DNA of 64,000 bases from positions 423 through 64,422 of the forward strand of contig JBBILD010000008.1 of the NCBI GenBank assembly GCA_037445065.1, written 5' to 3'. Shown piece after piece: positions 25,275 to 34,576 of this stretch. Each line of letters begins with the position of its first letter. Position 1 is the stretch's first letter. Both the position numbers and the translations under genes were made by a program. The notes under the pieces were generated by a model. The model was given only the letters and a program-made list of their open reading frames with translations, did no database searches and was not told where the DNA came from. The DNA comes from Myxococcales bacterium (lineage in GTDB: Bacteria; Desulfobacterota; Binatia; HRBIN30).

Positions 25275-25721
25275 TCAGCTCAGGATACGGACAAGGGCGA
25301 GCACGAGCATCACCAACATGACGACTTGCCCCACCATGAATGCCAGCGACCGCCACGGTTGCAGCGCCGCCAAGTAAAAGCTGGTGTGCAGAACCCGCGC
25401 GAGCAAGAAGGTAACGAACAAGGTCTTGGCCAGACCTGGAGAAGGTCCGCTCAAGGCATAGAAGAACCCGACCGCGAAGAATGGAAGGATGTTCTCAAGA
25501 TCGTTTTGGTGCGCGCGCCGAGCCCGTTCGATTTGCTCTTTGCCCTCCCCAGGCTCGGCGCTGGCGCTAATGCCTTGCAGGGCGTAGTCCTCAGGCGTGG
25601 CATACACGCGGTAGCGCAACCGGTAAAAACTGGTGACCCATCCCACGGCCATCACTTTGAGGACCAGCAGCAAATAGGTAAGCGCAAACCAGCGCATTGC
25701 GGGACTGTGGAGCAGCTCCAT
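25275..25721 (-). CDS. MAPEG-family membrane protein (microsomal glutathione S-transferase-like)
   Basis: 148 aa, four TM helices. Conserved MAPEG region (RAHQNDLENILPFFAVGFFYAL). Confidence 0.75.
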   Translation of the reverse strand: MELLHSPAMRWFALTYLLLVLKVMAVGWVTSFYRLRYRVYATPEDYALQGISASAEPGEGKEQIERARRAHQNDLENILPFFAVGFFYALSGPSPGLAKTLFVTFLLARVLHTSFYLAALQPWRSLAFMVGQVVMLVMLVLALVRILS

Positions 25722-26767
25722 ACGACTTCCTCCTTCGATGTTGCCCGAGGTTGTTCCGCGGACAAAATACCGCCCGGGCTGCCGGTTGCATACTGCTTCC
25801 GACGAGGAAAAGACAGAATACGTAACTGAAAACGATTGCCCCGTTCCTGTCTCTGGGCGTTGGCGCTAACCGACGTGCGCGCCTGCATAAAGGCACGGTA
25901 CCTCCCAATTGGCGCTTGGCGGAGAGAGAATCAGCAGCCCGACCTGGAGCAGCGCGCTCCCTTGGAAGCAGCCGTGCCTGTGCCCTGGCGCGGGACCGTT
26001 TGGATTGCCACCGTTCGCTGAGGGTCGGCCGAGCGCAGAGACCGTAAAGAGACGCGGCGGCAGGGGTCGCGGGAGGCTCGCGCACGACAGGAACAATGAC
26101 TTGTTTCCGGAAGGCAGCGCCTGCGCCCGTGTCTGTGCCCACGGCACCGCACAGGTGACGGTTGCACGCGCCACCCTGGGCGGCTGGCATTGTCCGCCGC
26201 GTGCAGACCCGGGGCGCCTCCGCCAATCGCAAGATGCCGCGGCAAGCCTTTGTTGCCTAAAGCATGCGATCACAGCGCTGCTGAGCGGGGAACGGGACCG
26301 CAGAGAAGCGGGTGCAGAGCAACGCTGCCGTTGCAACCCGGCGGGGGTCTGCCCGGAGAGGAGGAAAGTTTGTCGGGTACGGGTCGTCGGTACCCTGGGC
26401 CCTGGCAACTGCGACGACCTGCAGGGCCCGGGGCAGAGCCCATCGGCACAACGATACGCTTGGCCAGTCACGGGAGAGTTTCGGGGCACGCGGCTGCGCA
26501 CAAAGGAGCATTTCGATACAAGCGGGTGATTGCTGCCTATGCCTGATCGCTTTGCCGTTCTCCCTTTGCTCTCTTGGCGTTCTGTTCGGGTTCGTATTTT
26601 TGTGTTTCGCGGAGATCCTCCTCAGAGAAGCCGACCATTCAGGCCGCAGCTTGCGGTGCCCGAAGCGGATGGGAGAGCCCAGTCCAAGCAAGACTCTCTG
26701 AGCATACCTAGCGCCAGAGCTACGGCATTGGGTTCGGTGCGGCCAACTGTCGAGAGGTGTAGCGGCC

Positions 26768-28015
26768 GTGGGTGAGACTCCCGACATCCATTGGACAGGG
26801 GTGGCGGTGTTCGCCGTCACCTACGCTTTGATGTCAGTTCGCCGTCTATCGGCTCTGCAGGTGGATCGGCCGGCTGCCTCGCTCCTCGGGGCGGTTGCCT
26901 GCGTCGCGCTTTCCGTCCTCACGTTGGACGAGGCGATCGCTGCGATTGATCTCAAGACCATCGCCTTGTTGTTCGGTGTCATGGGGATGGGCGCTTTCCT
27001 CACTCTGGATCATTTTGCTGAGGGAGTGGACGCGGCCATTGAGCGGTACATGTACACCCCGCACCGCCTCCTTGCCGCGATCGTGTGGGGCAGCGGGTTC
27101 CTGGCGGCGCTGATAACCAACGACGCGGTGTGCCTGCTTGTCGCTCCGATCGTGGTGCGTGCAGTGCAGCGGCACGACTTGCCGCCGCTGCCGGCCTTGC
27201 TCGCGCTGGCGACTGCGGCCAACACGGGAAGCGTCGCTACTTTGATAGGGAACCCCCAGAACATGCTTTGCGGCGTGTTGGGCGGCCTCTCGTTTCGGAC
27301 TCACCTGGGGGTGGCTGGGCCGTTGGCCATCATCTGCCTTGCGATCAACCACGGAGTACTGCTTCTACTCTTCCGGCGGGAGCTGGCCACAGCGCAAATG
27401 CGGCCGCTGCGCGCGACGGCACCGGTAGTGAACCCGCGTGTGTGTGTTACGCTTCTGACGATCGGTGTGACGGGGCTCGCTGCCACGATCGGTGCAGACG
27501 TCACCGGCGCGGCGGTTACGGGCCTTGTCTCCCTTATGCTTTTGCACCGGCGCGACACCCGCCACGTGTGGGAGAACATAGACTGGTCGCTCCTCCTATT
27601 CTTCGCAGGGCTGTTCGTGGTGGTTGAAGGGTTCGCTCGCAGCGGCGCACCCGCGTGGTTTTTCGCGCACTATCCTCTGGGCATCGCCGAACCGAGTTTC
27701 GCAGGCTGGCTGCGCACAGGAGCGTTGTTCTTGGCGGGCTCCAATGTGGTGTCAAATGTACCCTTCATCTTGCTGGTGAAGCCCCAAGTTGCTGCGCTTC
27801 CGCAGCCGGTGCTGGGCTGGGAATTGTTGGCGGTGGCTTCGACGTTTGCTGGGAACCTGACCTTGCTCGGCTCGGTCGCCAACGTAATTGTGGCCGAAAG
27901 CGCTCGTGACGTGGGTGGTCTGGGGTTTTGGAGTCATTTGAAAGTCGGGGCACCAGTGGCGCTGCTCACTACCGCCGTGGGCACGTTGTGGCTTGTACGC
28001 GTCTTCGGTGCGTGA
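26768..28015 (+). CDS. ArsB/NhaD-superfamily anion permease (CitMHS/SLC13-like)
   Basis: 415 aa, about 10-12 TM helices with internal duplication. Hairpin motifs (LITNDAVCLLVAP, LAGSNVVSNVPFILL). Confidence 0.8.
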   Translation: MGETPDIHWTGVAVFAVTYALMSVRRLSALQVDRPAASLLGAVACVALSVLTLDEAIAAIDLKTIALLFGVMGMGAFLTLDHFAEGVDAAIERYMYTPHRLLAAIVWGSGFLAALITNDAVCLLVAPIVVRAVQRHDLPPLPALLALATAANTGSVATLIGNPQNMLCGVLGGLSFRTHLGVAGPLAIICLAINHGVLLLLFRRELATAQMRPLRATAPVVNPRVCVTLLTIGVTGLAATIGADVTGAAVTGLVSLMLLHRRDTRHVWENIDWSLLLFFAGLFVVVEGFARSGAPAWFFAHYPLGIAEPSFAGWLRTGALFLAGSNVVSNVPFILLVKPQVAALPQPVLGWELLAVASTFAGNLTLLGSVANVIVAESARDVGGLGFWSHLKVGAPVALLTTAVGTLWLVRVFGA

Positions 28016-28241
28016 GGCCGAGGCGCGGTGTTTCGGGATGCCGGGGCGGAGGGCGGACGCAATAGTTTGCGTGCTCGGGAACGCTGGCGCTACGCACTTC
28101 TTTCCGTCAAGCTTTTCCAGCCCCGTCGCCAGTGCGACCCTCAAGGGATTGGCGCAGCGAGCCCGCCTCGCGTCGAAAAAATGGATTGATTCGGTTCAAG
28201 CGCTCTCGGCACATTGTCTGGGAGAAATCTTTCCGTAGGTT

Positions 28242-31100
28242 ATGTCCATGAGGCGATTGTTTTACTGGTGTTCTGCTGATTTGCGGGCCTTGGCTAGTTT
28301 TGCCGTTTTTATGACTCTGGCGATTGGGTCCGCCTTGGCACAGGGTTACTCGCTGCGTTTTTACGGCCACGGAACGGGAGACATCGACCGAGTCAAAATC
28401 AAGATTGACGCCCCGGCAGTGCCGGCCGATGTCGGGCGTTCGTTCACGGTCGAGTTCTGGCTCAAGGCATTCCTGTCGGAGAACCCGAGTCCGGATTGCG
28501 CCCCGGGAGGCGTCAATTGGATCTTTGGCAACGTCATCGTTGATCGCGACGTGTACGGAGATGGCGACCGCGGCGATTATGGAATCTCGCTGGCAAACGG
28601 GAAGATCGCGTTTGGGGTTTCCCGCCGTTCTGAGTCTCAAACCATTTGTGGTTCCATCTTAGTCGCCGATGGCCAGTGGCATCACGTCGCGGTGACGCGG
28701 AATGCCCGCAGCGGCGCGATGGCGATCTTCGTGGACGGGGTGCTCGATGCTACAGGGTTTGGCCCCCGCGGCTTTATCGGGTATCGAAACCGACGCTCGA
28801 CGTTGTACCCGAATTCCGATCCCTACCTGGTCTTCGGTGCCGAGAAGCACGACGCAGGTCCTTCCTATCCCTCGTTCTCTGGCTTTCTCGATGAGGTGCG
28901 GATCTCAAAAGCGGTGCGTTACACGACCGATTTTCCCCGCCCGGCGGCGCCGTTCGTTCATGATCGGAAGACCGCGGCTCTGTACCATTTCGATGAAGGA
29001 CCGCCTGGTCCGTGCACCGGCGTCGTCACAGACTCCAGTCGGCGAGGCCGTAGTTCGGGTACGTGCCAGTACGGCGGGAGTTCGCCGAGCGGGCCAGAGT
29101 ACCACACCGACGTGCCACCGTTCCCCACGAACACGCCCACCCCAACACCGACACCGACGTGGACCCCCGGTGGTTCTGGCACTGGAGATTGGAACCAGCA
29201 TGCTGGGAATGCACAGCGGACTGGTTTCCAGCCAACAGGGGTTCCTACCCCTTGGCGTTGGAAGTGGGCGTGGAATGGGCCGGACGGTTCTGGGCGGGTG
29301 CGCAGCGGGAAGTTCGGGTTGCCGCGCAACAGCCAACCGGTGACAGGAGCGGGTCGGGTGTTCATTGCGGCGGGAAGTCGCGGCATCTACGCGTTGGATG
29401 GGGCTACCGGCAACGAGCTGTGGAATGCTCGGCCCGGTGGTTCGATGAACTCCACGCCTGCGTTCGATTCCGATACGTGGGCCGTGTTTTCGCTCTCTTC
29501 CAACGGGACTCTCTACAAACTTGCGGTGAGTGACGGAGCGGTGCTGGGCAGCTTCGCAACGGGTGCCAGCAGCTCCCTGCCCCTGCCTCCTGCCGTCGCC
29601 GGCGACCGCGTGTTTTTCTCCATGGGCACGCGTGTGTTTGCGCTCGATAAGTACACACTGGCTAGCACTTGGGTATACGAGGCAGGTTCACCCGTGGATA
29701 CGCCACCCGCGTATTCCGCGAGCCGCAACGCGGTCGTGGTGGCTTCGCGCGACCTCTTTGTCCACGCCGTCCGCGCCAGCGATGGCGCTCAGCTTTGGCG
29801 CACGAAGACCACCGTTCGCTCGCCAGGAGACCCAGGTTCGAACACCAACTTTGCCGAGGTAAGCTACGGTTGGCCGGTGATCGCGGAGCAGCACGGGATC
29901 GTGTTCGTGAAGTTGCGGCTCGATTGGAACACGATGTGGACTTGGTCGCCGTGGCCCAGTTCCAACTCGGCGATGCGGTCCAACCTGCTTGCGCAGCCGA
30001 ATCAGCAGGCGTTGCTGGCACTCGACCTCGACGATGGTGCCACCGCTTTTGTGGCCAACGTGGGCCACGGCGGTTTTGGGGACGGTGACTACATGCCCAT
30101 GGGCCCGATGCCCGTAGTGGCCTCCTTGCCAGGAGGGCAGGAGGTGGCGTATGTGGTCATGCGTGGCAGCCCCTGTCTGGTTAGCCCTTGCGACGGGCGG
30201 GCTGACTCGCGCTTGGGCGAACTTCTGCTCGACGATGCCACGGTGCCCGGGTTCAGTGCGGGTGAGGTCCGTTTCATGGACAACACATTCTTTCCGACGG
30301 ACGAGCAACCGTACTTGTCCATGGCGGGCAACCAAATCTTTGCTGCGCATTGGATGGTGGGCATCGCCCACGAAATCGTGGATCGCAGTCCTTCTCGGGG
30401 GCAAGGCGCTTCCGAGTCGATCACCGTGGCCAACTTGCCCCACATCGTCAACTCGGCGAGCAACTGTGGTTTTAGCGCGAGTCACTATTGTGCTTCGGGA
30501 TTGGTGCAGGACGGGGATCCGCGCAGTTTCCCCCCCGGATTCTACATCTATTACGACGAGGGTACGGTGTACGACCAATATTGGAGCGAGTACGCCGGCT
30601 GGGTGATTAGCGAAGGGACTCTGTACTTTGTGAGTACAGACGGAGCCGTGGTGGCGCTGGAGCACGGCAGTCCGTTGGGGCGCGCGTATCCGCCCGCGCC
30701 GAATCGGCTGCCAGCGAACGAGGAGGTTGCCTTGGTGGCGCACGGGGTCTTCCCGCACACGGCGGCTCGAGAGCTGGCGGGCCGGGTGGCCACGATCGAA
30801 GGGGTGCTGGAAGAAGTGTTCAATAACGGGAAGGCGGTCTACCTAGGCTTTGAAAAGCCGCATCGCGGCGCGTTCCTGGCTCGCATCCTGCGCCGCCATT
30901 GGCACGCCTTCGCCGATCGTCCCGAAGAAAAGTACCGGGTCGGCGAGCGGATTCGTGTTTCCGGCAAGATCGAGTGGTACCAAGGAGACCCCGTGATTTA
31001 CGTTCACTCGCCCGCGCAAATCGAACTGGTATCTCGACCCCAGGTGGAACTGGCTTGTGGGGCGCAACCCGGGGCTGAGAGTGCGACAGGGGCGCCATAG
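28242..31100 (+). CDS. Secreted multidomain protein: N-terminal LamG/concanavalin-A-like lectin domain, PT linker, PQQ-type beta-propeller, C-terminal OB-fold (tRNA_anti-like)
   Basis: Signal peptide MSMRRLFYWCSADLRALASFAVFMTLAIGSALA. LamG-like block (FTVEFWLKA...IFVDGVLD...LVFGAEKHD...GFLDEVRIS). PT linker [15 protein letters not shown] at about 29.1 kb. Repeated G-x-YALDGATGNELW / LFVHAVRASDGAQLW propeller blades. C-terminal VATIEGVLEEVFNNGKAVYLGFE...RIRVSGKIEWYQGDPVIYV OB-fold. Confidence 0.9.
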   Translation: MSMRRLFYWCSADLRALASFAVFMTLAIGSALAQGYSLRFYGHGTGDIDRVKIKIDAPAVPADVGRSFTVEFWLKAFLSENPSPDCAPGGVNWIFGNVIVDRDVYGDGDRGDYGISLANGKIAFGVSRRSESQTICGSILVADGQWHHVAVTRNARSGAMAIFVDGVLDATGFGPRGFIGYRNRRSTLYPNSDPYLVFGAEKHDAGPSYPSFSGFLDEVRISKAVRYTTDFPRPAAPFVHDRKTAALYHFDEGPPGPCTGVVTDSSRRGRSSGTCQYGGSSPSGPEYHTDVPPFPTNTPTPTPTPTWTPGGSGTGDWNQHAGNAQRTGFQPTGVPTPWRWKWAWNGPDGSGRVRSGKFGLPRNSQPVTGAGRVFIAAGSRGIYALDGATGNELWNARPGGSMNSTPAFDSDTWAVFSLSSNGTLYKLAVSDGAVLGSFATGASSSLPLPPAVAGDRVFFSMGTRVFALDKYTLASTWVYEAGSPVDTPPAYSASRNAVVVASRDLFVHAVRASDGAQLWRTKTTVRSPGDPGSNTNFAEVSYGWPVIAEQHGIVFVKLRLDWNTMWTWSPWPSSNSAMRSNLLAQPNQQALLALDLDDGATAFVANVGHGGFGDGDYMPMGPMPVVASLPGGQEVAYVVMRGSPCLVSPCDGRADSRLGELLLDDATVPGFSAGEVRFMDNTFFPTDEQPYLSMAGNQIFAAHWMVGIAHEIVDRSPSRGQGASESITVANLPHIVNSASNCGFSASHYCASGLVQDGDPRSFPPGFYIYYDEGTVYDQYWSEYAGWVISEGTLYFVSTDGAVVALEHGSPLGRAYPPAPNRLPANEEVALVAHGVFPHTAARELAGRVATIEGVLEEVFNNGKAVYLGFEKPHRGAFLARILRRHWHAFADRPEEKYRVGERIRVSGKIEWYQGDPVIYVHSPAQIELVSRPQVELACGAQPGAESATGAP

Positions 31101-31130
31101 CGCGTTTCAGATGGGAGCGCAGGAAGAGGA

Positions 31131-31721
31131 TCAATCGGCTACAGGGACGATTTGTGTGCGCAGGCTGAGCGAACCTGCCGCGTAATCCATGATTACGATT
31201 CCGCCGTTCGGAGGCACGGTGAGGCTATCCCAGCCCCCGAGCGCGTGGGCGATAATGGCCAGCATCACCCCTCCATGGCTGACGAGCACGACTTCCTGCC
31301 CGAGGGCCTCAGCCGAAAGATCGAGAACTGCAGGCACAACGCGAGCGGCAACGTCCTCGAGTGACTCTCCTCCTGGCGGTCGCCATGCCCAGCGGGGCCC
31401 ATCATGATAGGCTGCGTCGGTGAGGAGCGCTTCGTAAGGCCGGCCTGCAAATACGCCGAAGCTCTGCTCTCGAAAGGCTGGGTTCTCCTCGACCGACAAT
31501 GAAAGCTGCTGGGCAAGAATGTTTGCGGTCTGACGAGCACGTAAATAGGGGCTACAAACCAGTCGCTGCGGCCGGAACCGCTCCTTGATCCAGCGGGCGG
31601 CGGCCTCTGCTTGCCGTTTGCCGCGTTCGGTGATCGGCACCTCGGGGGTTTGCGTAAAGATGCGGTCGCGATTGCCTTCGCTCTCTCCGTGGCGAACCAA
31701 GATTAGGGTGCTGTTTTGCAT
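31131..31721 (-). CDS. Histidine phosphatase family protein (phosphoglycerate-mutase-like)
   Basis: RHG catalytic motif (LILVRHGESEGN). C-terminal VLVSHGGVM. Start refined to the internal Met (MQNSTLILV). The longer ORF's N-terminal extension is low-complexity. Confidence 0.8.
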   Translation of the reverse strand: MQNSTLILVRHGESEGNRDRIFTQTPEVPITERGKRQAEAAARWIKERFRPQRLVCSPYLRARQTANILAQQLSLSVEENPAFREQSFGVFAGRPYEALLTDAAYHDGPRWAWRPPGGESLEDVAARVVPAVLDLSAEALGQEVVLVSHGGVMLAIIAHALGGWDSLTVPPNGGIVIMDYAAGSLSLRTQIVPVAD

Positions 31722-31819
31722 GCAGGGATCTTGGTTAGCAAATCGCGAGCGCGCGCGGCGACCGAGATGCTCCGCTGCGCCGTTGACGCTGCATTCCGAG
31801 CGGCTGTAGAAAGCGAAAG

Positions 31820-32917
31820 ATGAGTAAAGAACATGCGGTGGGGGTGCTCGGTGCGACGGGTTACACGGGCCGGCTGGTAATGCGGGCACTCTGTCAACTG
31901 GGTATGCGGGCGCTAGCGGCGGGACGGAACCGGGCGAAGCTCGAGGTGTTGTCACGCGAATTGGGAGGTGTTCCCTCGCTGGTAGCGGATGTGGAGCGCG
32001 CGGAGACCTTGGCTGAGCTGAGCCGCCGCTGCCGGGTTCTGATCAACTGCGCGGGGCCCTTCATTGATTTGGGCGAACCGGTCGTGGAGGCCGCTATCGA
32101 TAACGCTTGCCACTACCTCGATACGACGGGTGAACAGCCGTTTGTTCGCAGGATTCAGGAAAAAGATGAACGAGCCCGGGAGCGTCGAGTCGCGATCGTG
32201 CCCGCACATGCCTTCGAAATTGCCTTGGCAGATTGCGGGGCTGCGCTGTTAGCGGAAGGGTATCGCGAGGTAGCCTCGATCGAGGTGGTCTACGCCACGC
32301 GCTTCCATGCGAGTCAGGGCACGAAACGGACGGTCCTCCGCATGTTGGCGAGCGAGAGTTTCGCCTACCAGGACGGGCGTTGGGTTCTGGAGGCGCCTGG
32401 CCGAGTGCGCCGGTCTGTGGACTTACCGCCACCGTGGGGAAAAAGGATCGCCGTGAGCTTCCCCGGCGCGGAGATCGCTACCATTCCACGCCACACCCGT
32501 GCTCGCAACGTTCGCGCGTTCATGGCACTCCCACCGTCTCAGGCTGCGGCAGCCGCCCTGGCCGTGCCCGTGCTGCGTTTGTTGCTCGCCTCGCCGGCGC
32601 GGCTGCTGCTGAGTTCTTTGTTGGGAACAGGCACGGAAGGGCCTGAGGAGTCGGTGCGCGCGCAAGATACGTTCCTCATCTCCTTCGCCATCCGCGGGGT
32701 AAAAGAGGGGCGTGCGCGGCACGAGCGGGCCCTGCTCACCGGCCGCGACCCCTACGGCATCACGGCGGTGCTTGCCGCCCGAGCGGCGTGTCGCATGAGC
32801 GAGGAGTCGTGGGATCGGAGCGGGGTGTTGGCACCTGCGCAAGCGTTCCGCCCGGCAGACGTGTTTGCCGACGCGGCCGAATTCGACTTGGAATGGAAGC
32901 GACTCGACGGAGACTAG
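31820..32917 (+). CDS. Saccharopine-dehydrogenase-like NAD(P)-binding oxidoreductase
   Basis: N-terminal Rossmann motif VGVLGATGYTGRLV. Sacchrp_dh_NADP-like layout. Confidence 0.8.
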   Translation: MSKEHAVGVLGATGYTGRLVMRALCQLGMRALAAGRNRAKLEVLSRELGGVPSLVADVERAETLAELSRRCRVLINCAGPFIDLGEPVVEAAIDNACHYLDTTGEQPFVRRIQEKDERARERRVAIVPAHAFEIALADCGAALLAEGYREVASIEVVYATRFHASQGTKRTVLRMLASESFAYQDGRWVLEAPGRVRRSVDLPPPWGKRIAVSFPGAEIATIPRHTRARNVRAFMALPPSQAAAAALAVPVLRLLLASPARLLLSSLLGTGTEGPEESVRAQDTFLISFAIRGVKEGRARHERALLTGRDPYGITAVLAARAACRMSEESWDRSGVLAPAQAFRPADVFADAAEFDLEWKRLDGD

Positions 32918-33927
32918 TGCTCCACCTCGAAGCCCAGCGATTCGACCATCTTTCGCACCGCCTCTGCCGCTTCCCCGGGGGTGGTGAGGTATCCATCCAC
33001 GAACAACGAATTGGCGGGATAGAGCGCTAGACCCTGCCAACCGCCGAGGTGCAGCTCGCGACCTCCGGCGACGCGAAGTTCCGCATCCGGCCGTACAAAC
33101 CGCATCAGACACAACGCGCGCAAGCACTGCGCAGGATCTAAGTTCCAATGGTTCTCGAGAGGTGTTCCAGGAATGGGATGGAGAAAGTTGAGAGGCAGCG
33201 AGTCCACCCGCAACGCGCGCAACTCGAAGGCGAGGTCAATGAGATCGTCTTCGTCTTCTCCCATTCCGATGATCCCGCCGCAACAGGTGCGCAGTCCGGC
33301 TTTCTGCACGGCGCGCACCGTGGCGAGCCGATCGTCGTAGGTGTGCGTCGTGCAGATCCGGGGATAAAAGCGGCGGCTGGTGTTTAGGTTATGGTTGATC
33401 CAGCCGACCCCAGCCTCTTTGAGGGCACGGGCTTGGTCTTCGTTGAGAAGCCCAGGCGAGACGCAAATTTCCAGCTCAGGAAACTCGGCCTTGATGGCGC
33501 GCGCAGCCGCAGTGAACCGTTCGAGATCCACTTTGCTCGGCCCGCGCCCGCTGGTCACCATGCAGTAGCGTTTGGCGCCCGCGCGCACCGCCCGCCGAGC
33601 GGAGCTCACGAGTTCGGCGACGGAGTCCAGGCGGTAGCGCGGAATCGCTGCAGTGGAGATGGCGGATTGGGAGCAATAGTGGCAGTCCTCGGGACAGAGG
33701 CCGCTGCGCGCATTGCGCAGTTGGCACAACTTCACCCGCCGCCCGTGGAAACGCTCGCGCACGCGCAAAGCAGCGTGCAGTAGATCCGGCAAGCTTTCGG
33801 TCGGGGTCCGCAACACCTGGCGCGCTTGCTCGCGACTCAACTCGCCACCTTGTAAAACCAGGTCGGCAAGCTCTTGGTAACTGGGTGCCGGCGCAGAGAC
33901 TGATTGCATGGGGCTTTTGGCTACCAA
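32914..33927 (-). CDS. bioB: Biotin synthase (radical SAM)
   Basis: CxxxCxxC cluster (CPEDCHYCSQS) and BioB-specific downstream motifs (YCMVTSGRG, NHNLNTS). Confidence 0.92.
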   Translation of the reverse strand: MVAKSPMQSVSAPAPSYQELADLVLQGGELSREQARQVLRTPTESLPDLLHAALRVRERFHGRRVKLCQLRNARSGLCPEDCHYCSQSAISTAAIPRYRLDSVAELVSSARRAVRAGAKRYCMVTSGRGPSKVDLERFTAAARAIKAEFPELEICVSPGLLNEDQARALKEAGVGWINHNLNTSRRFYPRICTTHTYDDRLATVRAVQKAGLRTCCGGIIGMGEDEDDLIDLAFELRALRVDSLPLNFLHPIPGTPLENHWNLDPAQCLRALCLMRFVRPDAELRVAGGRELHLGGWQGLALYPANSLFVDGYLTTPGEAAEAVRKMVESLGFEVEH

Positions 33928-34011
33928 GCACGCTGTTTTGGGACAAGGCTGGGACTGCGATTCTCTGGCGCGTACTTGGCACAGGTGTGTTTGTGCTCCA
34001 ATAGCAAGCCA

Positions 34012-34449
34012 ATGCGGTCACAAGCTTTCCTGTCTCTGGTAGCGAGTTCGCTGATCGGCGGGTGCGTCGCGCCGGCCCCCCCGGAGCCAGCGCTCCCTCC
34101 ACCGCCTCCGCCGCCGAAAATCCTGGTCGAAGAAGAGGTTCGTCCGGTGGAGCGACCGGAGCTGGCCATTCTCGAGGTGGAGGAGAACAGAGGGAGCGAC
34201 CCGCAGATGGTGGAGGTCGTCGGGCGTGTGCTCAATCGCGGCCCAGGGCGCGCGCGGCAGTTGTCCGTAACGGTACACGTACTCGATGACCAGGGTAACG
34301 AACTCGCCTCCCTGCCCGCTCAAGTGGACAGCGACACGATCGAACCCAACGCTACTGTTGGCTTTCGTTTGTTGCTTCAACGCCCCGCTGGGGCGAGCCG
34401 CTACGAAGTGGTGGCGGTGGCTCGAGGGCAGGACGAGAGCACCCACTGA
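34012..34449 (+). CDS. Lipoprotein of unknown function with polyproline stretch
   Basis: Lipobox LIGGC after a hydrophobic leader (MRSQAFLSLVASSLIGGC). PPPPPPPK run followed by a ~90-aa beta-rich domain. The longer upstream ORF start is unlikely. Confidence 0.5.
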   Translation: MRSQAFLSLVASSLIGGCVAPAPPEPALPPPPPPPKILVEEEVRPVERPELAILEVEENRGSDPQMVEVVGRVLNRGPGRARQLSVTVHVLDDQGNELASLPAQVDSDTIEPNATVGFRLLLQRPAGASRYEVVAVARGQDESTH

Positions 34450-34576
34450 ACTCTGCGGCCGGAAGACCCACCCTCTTCCCGCGCAAACGAGTGAGAAGAG
34501 GTGGATCCGTATGGGGGCGCTGGACCGGTGCAGAATGTGCGAGCCACCGGTCTCCATCCTTTCCCAGGGTGAGAAT

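Noticed and set aside
25722-26767. RNase P RNA, tmRNA or cobalamin riboswitch in the ORF-poor kilobase
   Set aside because: Not found: no GGAAAGTCCGG/ACAGAACCCGGCTTA (RNase P), no GGTTCGATTCC-CCA 3' end (tmRNA), no GCCACTG B12 box. The region is kept as a finding without an RNA call.
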